This document shows positions 27,475 to 35,649 of a stretch of 64,000 bases of DNA, piece after piece; position 1 is the stretch's first letter, and the number at the start of each line of letters is the position of its first letter. Under the pieces are notes generated by a model, which was not told where the DNA came from, searched no databases, and worked only from the letters and a program-made list of their open reading frames with translations. The position numbers and the translations under genes are program-made. Origin of the DNA: Candidatus Nealsonbacteria bacterium (GTDB lineage Bacteria; Patescibacteriota; Minisyncoccia; Minisyncoccales; MHMH01). The DNA is taken from the NCBI GenBank assembly GCA_016188865.1, contig JACPGX010000001.1, forward strand, positions 77,197 to 141,196. The letters run 5' to 3'.

Positions 27475-27609
27475 TGTTGGGGGCGGGCTAGGTTTATCAG
27501 ACCCGGTCACGAGAAGCGCCTCGCAACGTTAATTTGAGCCGGGGGAGATGCCTTCTCCTACCGGCCGCGAGATTCAAGGTGCAACCCAAACGGGAAGCGC
27601 CTTTTTTTA
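27475..27609 (+). ncRNA. unclassified structured RNA, paralog 1 (~135 nt)
   Basis: No plus-strand CDS follows the promoter. P1 pairs 27476-84 with 27518-27. Hairpin at 27539-64. Conserved ATTCAAGGTGCAAC at 27572-85. T7 run at 27602-08. Confidence 0.6.
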
Positions 27610-27870
27610 TCTATAAATATCTTTTCTGTGACCTATTCCAATTAATTTAATTTTGTCTGGATTTAAAAAATGAAATATCGCCCGCCAGTCACGCGTAATT
27701 CTAAAAGAATAAAAACCAGCCAAGGGGCCGGTAAGTGATTTAGTGCGAAGTTTGGAGTGGAAGGGATTATGCTGAAGAATCTCTAAGAGTTTACTAAGTT
27801 TATTTTGTTGCTCTTTTGGCAGTTTTCCAGAAGATTTTAAAAAAGAATCGGTATAAACAATGGAAATCAT
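27607..27870 (-). CDS. RelE/ParE-family type II toxin
   Basis: 87 aa, with FRITRDWRAIF and a C-terminal GHRKDIY. Starts 4 nt after the upstream small gene. Confidence 0.75.
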   Translation of the reverse strand: MISIVYTDSFLKSSGKLPKEQQNKLSKLLEILQHNPFHSKLRTKSLTGPLAGFYSFRITRDWRAIFHFLNPDKIKLIGIGHRKDIYR

Positions 27871-27873
27871 AAT

Positions 27874-28089
27874 TTATTTTCTTTGAAGTTCGGAAAGAAA
27901 ATGCCTTGCGCCCCTAAAGACGAACCTCTCTTTTTCTCTGGCTGATTTAAGAATTTTTTTAACAAATTCTTGACGGTAGTTTCCTTCTTTATCTTTTCCG
28001 GTTATTCCAATCACAAAAGAACGAAGAAGATTAATTTCTTCCTGCAATTTACTGATACTTATATTTTTATCATTTATAGCAGTAGCCAT
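27874..28089 (-). CDS. putative antitoxin (71 aa)
   Basis: A small gene immediately upstream of the RelE-like toxin with a 3-nt gap. No family recognised. Confidence 0.55.
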   Translation of the reverse strand: MATAINDKNISISKLQEEINLLRSFVIGITGKDKEGNYRQEFVKKILKSAREKERFVFRGARHFLSELQRK

Positions 28090-28139
28090 ATTTTTTTATA
28101 ATATCAAAACTTATAAAGTATGTCAAAATTTCTAAGGAC

Positions 28140-28168
28140 CTTGACAGATTTCATAGATATGCTATACT
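28140..28168 (+). promoter_or_regulatory. consensus extended -10 promoter of ncRNA-2
   Basis: The same 29-mer as 27440-27468: TTGACA 28141-46 and TATACT 28163-68. Confidence 0.75.
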
Positions 28169-28174
28169 ATTAAA

Positions 28175-28375
28175 TGTTGGCGGGTGGCTCGGTATGCTCT
28201 GTTGCCTCCCGGCGGGAACGCTAAATGTCGGCCGACGCGTGTCGCGTATCCGGCTCGGTGGCCTGTTGAGCCAGCCAACGTTTATGAGTCCGAAGGAGGT
28301 CCCATGTGGTTGGTCCTCCTCCGGCGCAAAATTCAAGGTGCAACACACAACTTCGTGTTGCCCTTTTATTTTTAT
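28175..28375 (+). ncRNA. unclassified structured RNA, paralog 2 (~200 nt)
   Basis: P1 pairs 28176-81 and 28185-90 with 28268-79. Hairpin at 28290-324. Conserved ATTCAAGGTGCAAC at 28331-44. Terminator GCAACAC-n8-GTGTTGC plus a T-run, overlapping the pgk stop codon. Confidence 0.6.
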
Positions 28376-29370
28376 TCCAAAACTTTGATGCCCGACAGTT
28401 CTTTACCGCTTAAAAATTCCAGCATGGCGCCTCCGCCGGTGGATAAATAGCTGAACTTATCGCCAAGGCCGAGCTGATTAACGAATTCTACCGTCTCTCC
28501 TCCCCCAATTATAGAATATGCGCCAGAATCAATAATTGCTTTAGCCAATTCTTCCGTTCCGACAGAAAATTCTTTTTCCTCTATTTTACCTAAGGGACCA
28601 TTCCAAAAAACAGTTTTTGCTCGTAAAATTTCTCCTCTGAAAAGTTTGATGGTTTCCGACCCGACGTCTTTGCCGCCGCCCACCTCATCAACTGGGCCGA
28701 TTATTTTTTCCGAATATTTAAATTGAATATTTTTATCTTGAATTTCTTTTTGAATAAGTCCTGAAATTAATACAAAATCAGCCACTTCAGAAATTTTATC
28801 TATAACCATGGATTTCTCTTCCACTTTTTTCCCTCCGATAATCGCCACCAACGGCTTTTCCGGGCTATTGCTTAACTTAGTTAAGCAACGCACTTCTTGT
28901 TCGAGCAAAAGGCCGGCGGCAGAAGGTAAAAATTTTGCAATACCGACGATTGAAGTATGAGCTCGGTGAGATGCGCCGAAAGCATCGTTAATATAAATAT
29001 CTCCTAATTTTGCAAGCTCTTTGGCAAAATTTTCATCGTTTTCTTCTTCCTCTTTATGGAATCTTAAATTTTCCAAAAGAACTAATTCTCCATCTGCGGC
29101 AAATGCCACTTTTTTGTTCAATAATTCTTCCAATCTTTTGGCAACTGGCTTCAAGCTGAATTCTTCCATAGTTTTTCCGTCGGGGCGGCCAAGGTGACTC
29201 ATCAAAATTATTTTTTGGGCTCCTTTTTCTATTAAATACTCAATAGTGGGTATGGTTTTCTTAATTCTAAAGTCATCTAAAATTTCCCCGGTTTCGCTTA
29301 GGGGAACATTGAAATCGCAACGGACCAAAATTCGCTTATTGGCAACATTAAAATCTCTTATGGTGCGCAT
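28372..29370 (-). CDS. pgk: phosphoglycerate kinase (shortened, 332 aa)
   Basis: ILVRCDFNVPL, LLENLRFHKEEE, NDAFGASHRAH, FWNGPLG and STGGGA. Confidence 0.9.
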   Translation of the reverse strand: MRTIRDFNVANKRILVRCDFNVPLSETGEILDDFRIKKTIPTIEYLIEKGAQKIILMSHLGRPDGKTMEEFSLKPVAKRLEELLNKKVAFAADGELVLLENLRFHKEEEENDENFAKELAKLGDIYINDAFGASHRAHTSIVGIAKFLPSAAGLLLEQEVRCLTKLSNSPEKPLVAIIGGKKVEEKSMVIDKISEVADFVLISGLIQKEIQDKNIQFKYSEKIIGPVDEVGGGKDVGSETIKLFRGEILRAKTVFWNGPLGKIEEKEFSVGTEELAKAIIDSGAYSIIGGGETVEFVNQLGLGDKFSYLSTGGGAMLEFLSGKELSGIKVLE

Positions 29371-29378
29371 AATTCGTT

Positions 29379-29420
29379 GAGGTCCGATCTCCCGTCATAT
29401 TTGTCGGGAGGTCGGACCTC
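29379..29420. repeat. REP family 2 hairpin (GAGGTCCGA...)
   Basis: GAGGTCCGATCTCCCG (29379-94) pairs with CGGGAGGTCGGACCTC (29405-20), with one T/G mismatch. Confidence 0.8.
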
Positions 29421-29429
29421 CTAATATCG

Positions 29430-31205
29430 TTAAAACTTAACCGTTTCTCCCGGCCCAATGACTCCTTCTTTAGCTTTAGCAGGGGCGGATGGTTTCGCTT
29501 CTTCCAATGCTTGTTTCAACTCTGATAGATTGATTTCCTTTCTTTGGAGCTTTGGACCTTCTTCTCTGCGCCTCGAAGCAGAAAAAGGAACAACCGCGGG
29601 TCTTTCTATTATTTCTGGCGCCTTCGGCCAAGATGGCGCCTCTGCTTTTGACTGTTCAATATCGCTCACCGCAGGTGGTTCGACATGGCTCACCACGGGC
29701 GGTTCAACGCGACTCTCTGCGGCTGGTTCAGAAAACTCCTCTTTTTTTTCTGGCTCAGGAGACGCTGGTTTTTTAGGACCTATACCTAGCTTGGCTCTGC
29801 ACGCCTTGCAATAAACCGGCCTTTTGCCATCGGGTAAAAAAGGCACTTTGGTGTCTTTGCCGCACATTGAACAACGGGCATCGTAAAGCGTAGGCCCGGC
29901 TGAGTTGGGTTGCAAAGTTGCCGGCATTTCTAAGAGGCCGGTCCATTTGGCAATCTTTTCATCTACTTCTTGACGAGGGGTTCCGTATCTCTCTCTGGCA
30001 ACATTAATAATCTTTTCCCTGTTTGATTTTTCCGGCCCGGGAAATGGCGCCAGCGTTCTAGCAGAAAATGGACGGCCGGCAACGCCGTCAATCATTAATT
30101 TTAAATAAATATTGTATTTAGCTAAATTCACTAAATCCGTTGCTAAAAATTCTGGAGTAAATTCTTTTTCGAGCCATTCGGCGTCTTCTGCCCCTACCCT
30201 GAAAGAAACTATCGTGCCTACGTTTCCAAAAACCGCATCCCTAACTTCTTCTTCCATTTGAGTAATGTATTGATGCCCCAAGATTAAAGCCAATCTGTAT
30301 TTTCTAGCTTCAGAAAGTATGCTGACAAAAGACTCTGTAGCGAAATTTTGAAACTCGTCAATATAGAGGAAAAAATCTTTTCTTTTTTCTTCTGGGATAT
30401 CAACTCTCTGCATGGCAGCTAACTGTAATTTGGTAATCATTAAAGCTCCCAGTAAACGCGAGTTGTCTTCGCCGATTCTGCCCTTAGAAAGATCCATTAT
30501 CAAAATCTTTTCTTCATCCATAATTTTTCTCATATCGATTGATGATTTGACCTGGCCAATGATATTCCTGATTATTGGAGCTGAAACAAATTGTCCTACC
30601 TTATTTTGAATGGCAGCTGTGGCCTCTACCTCATATCTCTGGGTATATCTCGAATACTCTTGCACCCAAAAAGCCTTGATAACTGGATCGGTGACTCTCT
30701 CAACTACTTTTTTGCGGTATTCAACGTCAGACAACATTCTGTTAACTCCCAAAAGAGTCGCATCAGGATACTCCAACAAAGCCAAAATGCAATTATTCAA
30801 AATATACTCCATGCGGGCAGACCAGACATCCGGCCAAATTTTCTTGAAAACGCCCATAAGCCCGCCTGCCACCAAATGCCTGTGGCTGACATCCACTTTT
30901 TCCATAATATTAAAAGAAATGGGATATTCTAAATCAGCCGGATTGAAATAAATTACGTCATTAATCCTATTTGCCGGAATAAAATCCAATAACTCTTCGG
31001 CAGCTTCTCCGTGAGGATCAACAAATCCTATGCCATGGCCATTTTGAATATCTTGAATCGCCATATTTTTTATCATGACGGTTTTGCCCATGCCTGTTTT
31101 CCCAATAACATAAAAGTGCCGACGCCTGTCGTCGATCTTTATGCCAAACTTCCTGTTGGCATTTCGATAAGTTGTTTCAGCAAAAAAATTAATTTCACCA
31201 GCCAT
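29430..31205 (-). CDS. T4SS coupling-protein-like (VirD4/TraD/TraG-type) P-loop ATPase with a C-terminal zinc ribbon and a repeat tail
   Basis: Walker A GKTGMGKT, Walker B-like FFLYIDEFQNF, and ARKYRLALILGHQY. CSMCGK...CKAC ribbon. Tandem VEPPVVSH/VEPPAVSD. No N-terminal TM segment. Confidence 0.6.
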   Translation of the reverse strand: MAGEINFFAETTYRNANRKFGIKIDDRRRHFYVIGKTGMGKTVMIKNMAIQDIQNGHGIGFVDPHGEAAEELLDFIPANRINDVIYFNPADLEYPISFNIMEKVDVSHRHLVAGGLMGVFKKIWPDVWSARMEYILNNCILALLEYPDATLLGVNRMLSDVEYRKKVVERVTDPVIKAFWVQEYSRYTQRYEVEATAAIQNKVGQFVSAPIIRNIIGQVKSSIDMRKIMDEEKILIMDLSKGRIGEDNSRLLGALMITKLQLAAMQRVDIPEEKRKDFFLYIDEFQNFATESFVSILSEARKYRLALILGHQYITQMEEEVRDAVFGNVGTIVSFRVGAEDAEWLEKEFTPEFLATDLVNLAKYNIYLKLMIDGVAGRPFSARTLAPFPGPEKSNREKIINVARERYGTPRQEVDEKIAKWTGLLEMPATLQPNSAGPTLYDARCSMCGKDTKVPFLPDGKRPVYCKACRAKLGIGPKKPASPEPEKKEEFSEPAAESRVEPPVVSHVEPPAVSDIEQSKAEAPSWPKAPEIIERPAVVPFSASRRREEGPKLQRKEINLSELKQALEEAKPSAPAKAKEGVIGPGETVKF

Positions 31206-31214
31206 AAATATAAT

Positions 31215-32564
31215 TTATTCCTCCATCGGTAAACCGGGAGGAGCTTCTCCTCTTTTCGATTCTACTCGAGAAACAAAAGGAGCTGGAGCCACCATTCTGC
31301 CGGGAAAGTGAAAAATAGTTGCCAATTCTTCGGTGTTTAGAATAAAACTAGTCTTGCCCGATGACTTTGGAAATAATGGAGGGAATCTTTTGATGTAACG
31401 AAAAAATAATTTTCTTTTCCTGACGAAAAGCCGGCGCAACCTGAACGGACTAATGGGAATTGGCAGATTGATAAAAGTAATATAATGCTTAATTTTAGTT
31501 AAAGTTTGGGGGTATGGCCTTGGAGAATTTAAATTTTCAGTAGCGAACTGATTAAAGAAACCAAAGGGAATAGCCTTAGCTCCGCCAAAATAAACGTCTC
31601 TTTTGGCTAAATAAATAAACCTTGCAAAACACATAAAACAACGCTTGGCAACCTTATTTTCTACAGCTTCAACGACATCTTTTTCGCCGGGAGTAAGCCG
31701 CAATTCTGCCGGGAAAATTTCTACTTTTTTTTCTTCTGGACCGGGCGCTTTACCGTAAACTACTTCTTCAAATATTTCGGTTAAAATAGGCTTCTGTTTT
31801 GGCGCAGCTTCCCTTTTGGCCAACTTATCGGCAACTTTTCTACCCTCTTTTACAAAATCATAAGTACCGCCGGCTTTAATATCGGTAACGCTAAGAACCG
31901 GCGATGCCGCAATCTGAATCCATAACTGTTCACCGGGACCCAATTTTGCCATTCCTTCCAATAAAGTAGCTAAGGGGTCGACTCTTTTCTCTTCGTCAAT
32001 TGATTCTTGTTCTTCAAAAAATTTAGAATAAGTTTTTATCGGAAAGACATCGGACTTTTGCAATATGTAATCTGTGCCCCACATTTCCCAATCTTTATTC
32101 GGCAGATCTTGGGGAACATACTTTATATAATCATCGGCTTGCAAAATCTCAGCTTCCGGATACTGAGAATAAATTGACGCCTCGATAGCGTTTCTGCGGC
32201 CCTCGCTGCACCTGACAAAAAGATGCGGCTCCCCGCCCAAACTTACCATTTCTAACTGAACGCTATCTAGATCTTTGCCCTCAAACCAGTATTCATACCA
32301 ATCTGGAGGATCAAAAGTATTTCCCCAGATAGCCGAAAAAACCTGCTCCATTGCTTTCAGGGGCTTTAATACTTCTTTTGGCATTTTAATTTCCAGCAGA
32401 ACTTTTTTTTGCGCGAACATCCACGTTTCCATTCTCCACCACCGCCAAAAAAATAAAAAAGGGCGCCAAAGCACAAATGGCATAGGCACCCACCACCAAA
32501 GCTCAATGAAATTCCAAACTTTCCCAAGCGCAGAAGCAATAAATATGGGTATTGTCTGTTCCAT
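31215..32564 (-). CDS. hypothetical membrane protein (two N-terminal TM helices, W-rich), partner of the ATPase
   Basis: 9-nt gap to the ATPase gene. No family recognised. Confidence 0.5.
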   Translation of the reverse strand: MEQTIPIFIASALGKVWNFIELWWWVPMPFVLWRPFLFFWRWWRMETWMFAQKKVLLEIKMPKEVLKPLKAMEQVFSAIWGNTFDPPDWYEYWFEGKDLDSVQLEMVSLGGEPHLFVRCSEGRRNAIEASIYSQYPEAEILQADDYIKYVPQDLPNKDWEMWGTDYILQKSDVFPIKTYSKFFEEQESIDEEKRVDPLATLLEGMAKLGPGEQLWIQIAASPVLSVTDIKAGGTYDFVKEGRKVADKLAKREAAPKQKPILTEIFEEVVYGKAPGPEEKKVEIFPAELRLTPGEKDVVEAVENKVAKRCFMCFARFIYLAKRDVYFGGAKAIPFGFFNQFATENLNSPRPYPQTLTKIKHYITFINLPIPISPFRLRRLFVRKRKLFFRYIKRFPPLFPKSSGKTSFILNTEELATIFHFPGRMVAPAPFVSRVESKRGEAPPGLPMEE

Positions 32565-32583
32565 TTATATATTATATCCTATT

Positions 32584-33540
32584 CTACGCTTTTCTGATAG
32601 TATATTTACCTTCTGAATTTTTAAGGAAATATTTGGTATTTTGCAAATTCAATAAAATAGTGCTCGGCTGAACCTGCCTCTGTTTTAAAACCTCTTTGAC
32701 CACGGCATCTTTATCAATCGGGCCCAAAGAATTGCTCACTACCCTTGCTATTACTTCTTTTACAAAGCCGGGCTCATAACCCCACTCCTTAAGAGCATAA
32801 AGTCCTCTGCCCACTAAAACAAACCTCTGGTCTTTTATTAGTTCATTATGAACCGTTTGCACTAAAGCGTCTTTGCCTATAAGCCTGGCGACTTCTGTGA
32901 AATGAAGCGGCTTTTGTTCTTGCTTTATTACCAAATAGGCCCTATCTTTAACGCCTCGCGGATTTACTTCGGGCCAATGTTTTAAGCCGTAGAGCCCTTG
33001 AGAATTTTTTAAGATATTTTTGGAAATCTCAACATAAGACAAGGGAACATCTTTTGGCAAGGGCAATAATTGTTTTTGCGCTTCCAAATGATTGGTAAGG
33101 TCATTAATGGCTTTTTGGGCCATGTTAAAAGCATTTTGGTCAATATTCCAAAAACTATAAAAGTTTTGAGAATCAGCGCATCTTTGAAAGGGTTTAGCCA
33201 AAGTTAAAAGGAAAAAAACATGATTTTTAAATTTTTGCCCGCCCAAGTCGGAAAGCGCCAAGTCTTCCCTTTTTAAAGAATACGATTTTTTAAAATAATT
33301 GGTAAAATCTTGTAAAACTCTCTGGTAAACAGGAGATTCAAACTTTTCTTCCAGCTTATCGAAGGCGTCGTTTTCAATTTGGCGAACTCTTTCTCTGGTA
33401 ACTCCAAAACTCCGGCCAATAGCTTCAAGGGTTTCTTTATCTCCTTGCAGACCAAAACGCCTAACTATCACCTCTTTGTGCCTAGCAGGCAAGTCCTTTA
33501 ATAAATTACTATGACAAATTGTTTGGTAATTGTATGCCAT
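32584..33540 (-). CDS. sigma-70 region-4 HTH protein with a C-terminal HARE-HTH-like domain
   Basis: ETLEAIGRSFGVTRERVRQIENDAFDKL matches sigma region 4.2. The C-terminal FTEVARLI...FVLVGRGLYALKEW is winged-helix-like. Confidence 0.55.
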   Translation of the reverse strand: MAYNYQTICHSNLLKDLPARHKEVIVRRFGLQGDKETLEAIGRSFGVTRERVRQIENDAFDKLEEKFESPVYQRVLQDFTNYFKKSYSLKREDLALSDLGGQKFKNHVFFLLTLAKPFQRCADSQNFYSFWNIDQNAFNMAQKAINDLTNHLEAQKQLLPLPKDVPLSYVEISKNILKNSQGLYGLKHWPEVNPRGVKDRAYLVIKQEQKPLHFTEVARLIGKDALVQTVHNELIKDQRFVLVGRGLYALKEWGYEPGFVKEVIARVVSNSLGPIDKDAVVKEVLKQRQVQPSTILLNLQNTKYFLKNSEGKYTIRKA

Positions 33541-33551
33541 TACATTGACAT

Positions 33552-34430
33552 TTAAGCATATCTTCTAAATATTGTCAAGAGGGGGGCTGCCAGAAAAATG
33601 GAAGAATAAGTGCCGGCAGTAACTCCAATAATTAAAGCCAAAGAGAAGTATTGCAGAGTTACTCCTCCAAAAAAGAAAATTGCCAGTAATACCAATAGCG
33701 TCGTTAAAGAAGTATTAAGGCACCTGGTAAAAGTTTGAGCCAAACTTTTATTTAGGGTTTCCCCGAAAGTCGGGCTTGCGCCTCTCATCAGATTTTCTCT
33801 GATCCTATCGAAAACCACAACAACATTATTAATGGCATAGCCCACAACGGTCAAAAGAGCAGCCACTACTGGTATAGTAATTTGGACTCCATAAAATTTA
33901 CCGAGAATAGAAAAAACGCCGATAGGTATTGCTAAGTCATGGGCCAAAACAACTAAAGAAACTAACCCATATTGCCATGAGGGAATCGGTCTTCTGATTT
34001 TCCTGAATGCTAAAACAATATACACAACGATAGCAAAAACAGCCAAAATTATAAGAGTTACGGTTTTTTCTTTGAGCTCTTTGCCAATAACCGGCCCCAA
34101 TGAATCAAAACGCTTTTCTTCAAATTGGCTCTCGGCGCTTAATTTTTCAATAAGCAACCTGTGAGTTTCCTCCGGGATATCTTTCATCCTGATAAGAACC
34201 CCCTTCTCATTGCTCGGCTGAATATAAATTTCTCCCAAATCAAAATCAGCAACGCTTTCTCTTATCGATTGATTTGACGGCCTTTCGTCTTTATATTCAA
34301 GCTCCAAAATGCTGCCGCCAGTAAAATCAATCCCCGGATTTAAACCAAAAATAAATAAGCTGACTAAACTGCTTAAAACTAAAATTCCGGAAAAAACAAA
34401 ATAGATATTTTTATAACGAAGAAAATCCAT
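33552..34430 (-). CDS. secF: protein translocase subunit SecF
   Basis: GIDFTGGS and a six-TM layout. Confidence 0.85.
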   Translation of the reverse strand: MDFLRYKNIYFVFSGILVLSSLVSLFIFGLNPGIDFTGGSILELEYKDERPSNQSIRESVADFDLGEIYIQPSNEKGVLIRMKDIPEETHRLLIEKLSAESQFEEKRFDSLGPVIGKELKEKTVTLIILAVFAIVVYIVLAFRKIRRPIPSWQYGLVSLVVLAHDLAIPIGVFSILGKFYGVQITIPVVAALLTVVGYAINNVVVVFDRIRENLMRGASPTFGETLNKSLAQTFTRCLNTSLTTLLVLLAIFFFGGVTLQYFSLALIIGVTAGTYSSIFLAAPLLTIFRRYA

Positions 34431-34440
34431 CTGATTTTAA

Positions 34441-34482
34441 GAGGTCCGACCTCCTCTCAAATTTGAGTGGAGGTCGGACCTC
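34441..34482. repeat. REP family 2 hairpin
   Basis: GAGGTCCGACCTCC-T-CTCAAA|TTTGAG-T-GGAGGTCGGACCTC is a 42-nt palindrome. Confidence 0.85.
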
Positions 34483-34488
34483 CAAATA

Positions 34489-35649
34489 TTATAGGTATTT
34501 GCGTAACTCATCTACCTTATTCGTCTTCTCCCACGTAAAGTCCGGGTCATTTCTGCCAAAATGACCGTAAGATGCTGTTTTTTGATAAATTGGCCTCTTT
34601 AAATTTAAATGCTCAATAATTTGCTTTGGCCTGAAATCAAAAACTTTTTTGACTATTTCTGCAATTTCATCGTCGGGAATTTTTCCCGTGCCTTCAGTAT
34701 TAACAAAAATTGAAACTGGTTTGGCTATACCGATAGAATAAGCAACTTGCAATTCGCATTTATCGGCTAAACCAGCCGCTACCACGTTTTTAGCTGCGTA
34801 GCGGGCCATATAAGCGCCTGACCTATCCACTTTAGTAACGCATTTGCCGGAAAAACATCCGCCGCCATGAGCTCCCACTCCGCCGTAAGTATCTACGATA
34901 ATTTTCCTGCCGGTTAGACCAGTATCGGCCGGAGGGCCGCCAAAAACAAATCTGCCTGTTGAATTGATAAAATATTTAGTGTTTTCGTCTACTAAATTAC
35001 CGACAATTGGCATAATAACATGCTGCTTTATATCGGCTCTAAGCTTCTCTATGTCAACATCAGCTGAATGGTGAGCGGCAATTACCACTGCTTCTATCCT
35101 CTTTGGCTTGCCGTTTTCGAATTCTACGGTGACCTGCGATTTCCCGTCTGGCCTCAAATAAGATAGAGTTTTATTTTTTCTCACTTCAGCCAATCGCTTG
35201 GTTAATTTATGGGCAAGCACCAATGTTAGGGGCATCAGTTCTTCGGTTTCATTTGTCGCATAACCGAACATCAAACCCTGATCTCCAGCGCCCTGCTCTT
35301 TATCCTTATCTTTACTTTCATCAACGCCTTGAGCAATATCAGGGGACTGTTCATGCAAAGTAACGATTACTCCGATATCATCTGCGCAAAAGCCGTACTC
35401 TTGTTTATTATAGCCTATTTCCCTAAGCACTCTTCTGACTGTATCTTGAATATTCACATAGGCCTTCGTCCTTGCCTCGCCTCCGACTACCACCAAGCCC
35501 GTGGTGGCGAAGCATTCTACGCCAGCGTGGCTATCCGGATCCTGCTTCAACATCTCATCGTAAACAGCATCAGAAATCTGATCGCACACCTTGTCAGGGT
35601 GTCCTTCGGTAACCGACTCTGAAGTGAATAAATATTTTTTTATTGCCAT
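34489..35649 (-). CDS. metK: S-adenosylmethionine synthetase
   Basis: [19 protein letters not shown] and GGGAFSGKD-like (GGGCFSGKC) motifs. Confidence 0.95.
   Translation of the reverse strand: MAIKKYLFTSESVTEGHPDKVCDQISDAVYDEMLKQDPDSHAGVECFATTGLVVVGGEARTKAYVNIQDTVRRVLREIGYNKQEYGFCADDIGVIVTLHEQSPDIAQGVDESKDKDKEQGAGDQGLMFGYATNETEELMPLTLVLAHKLTKRLAEVRKNKTLSYLRPDGKSQVTVEFENGKPKRIEAVVIAAHHSADVDIEKLRADIKQHVIMPIVGNLVDENTKYFINSTGRFVFGGPPADTGLTGRKIIVDTYGGVGAHGGGCFSGKCVTKVDRSGAYMARYAAKNVVAAGLADKCELQVAYSIGIAKPVSIFVNTEGTGKIPDDEIAEIVKKVFDFRPKQIIEHLNLKRPIYQKTASYGHFGRNDPDFTWEKTNKVDELRKYL

Noticed and set aside
27475-28375. Assigning the two RNAs to SRP RNA, 6S RNA, tmRNA, RNase P RNA or a known riboswitch.
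   Set aside because: - The SRP GGAA tetraloop/AGCA core is absent.
- So are the tmRNA tRNA-like ends and the RNase P GAGGAAAGUCC block.
- There is no 6S-type end-to-end closing stem.
- No downstream plus-strand gene exists for a riboswitch to control.

This rests on memory of consensus sequences only.
28151-28450. Track ORFs 28151-28348 (-), 28184-28450 (+) and 28194-28388 (+) over the ncRNA-2 locus.
   Set aside because: All three overlap one another in a GC-rich structured region. They lack ribosome-binding sites, cross the terminator or run into pgk antisense, and have odd composition.
27548-28450. Small ORFs starting in the hairpin loops of the two RNAs (27548-27616, MPSPTGREIQGATQ...; 28304-28450, MWLVLLRRKIQGATH...), considered as type I toxin-like peptides with sequestered Shine-Dalgarno sites.
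   Set aside because: - Both read through the predicted terminators before reaching a stop codon.
- The Shine-Dalgarno-to-ATG spacing is 0-4 nt.
- Only the IQGAT stretch is shared, and that equals the conserved RNA block.

I keep this as an alternative to test, not as a call.
29458-29814. Plus-strand ORFs 29458-29814 and 29552-29776.
   Set aside because: They are antisense to the GC-rich, repeat-containing tail of the ATPase gene. These are shadow ORFs with low-complexity translations.
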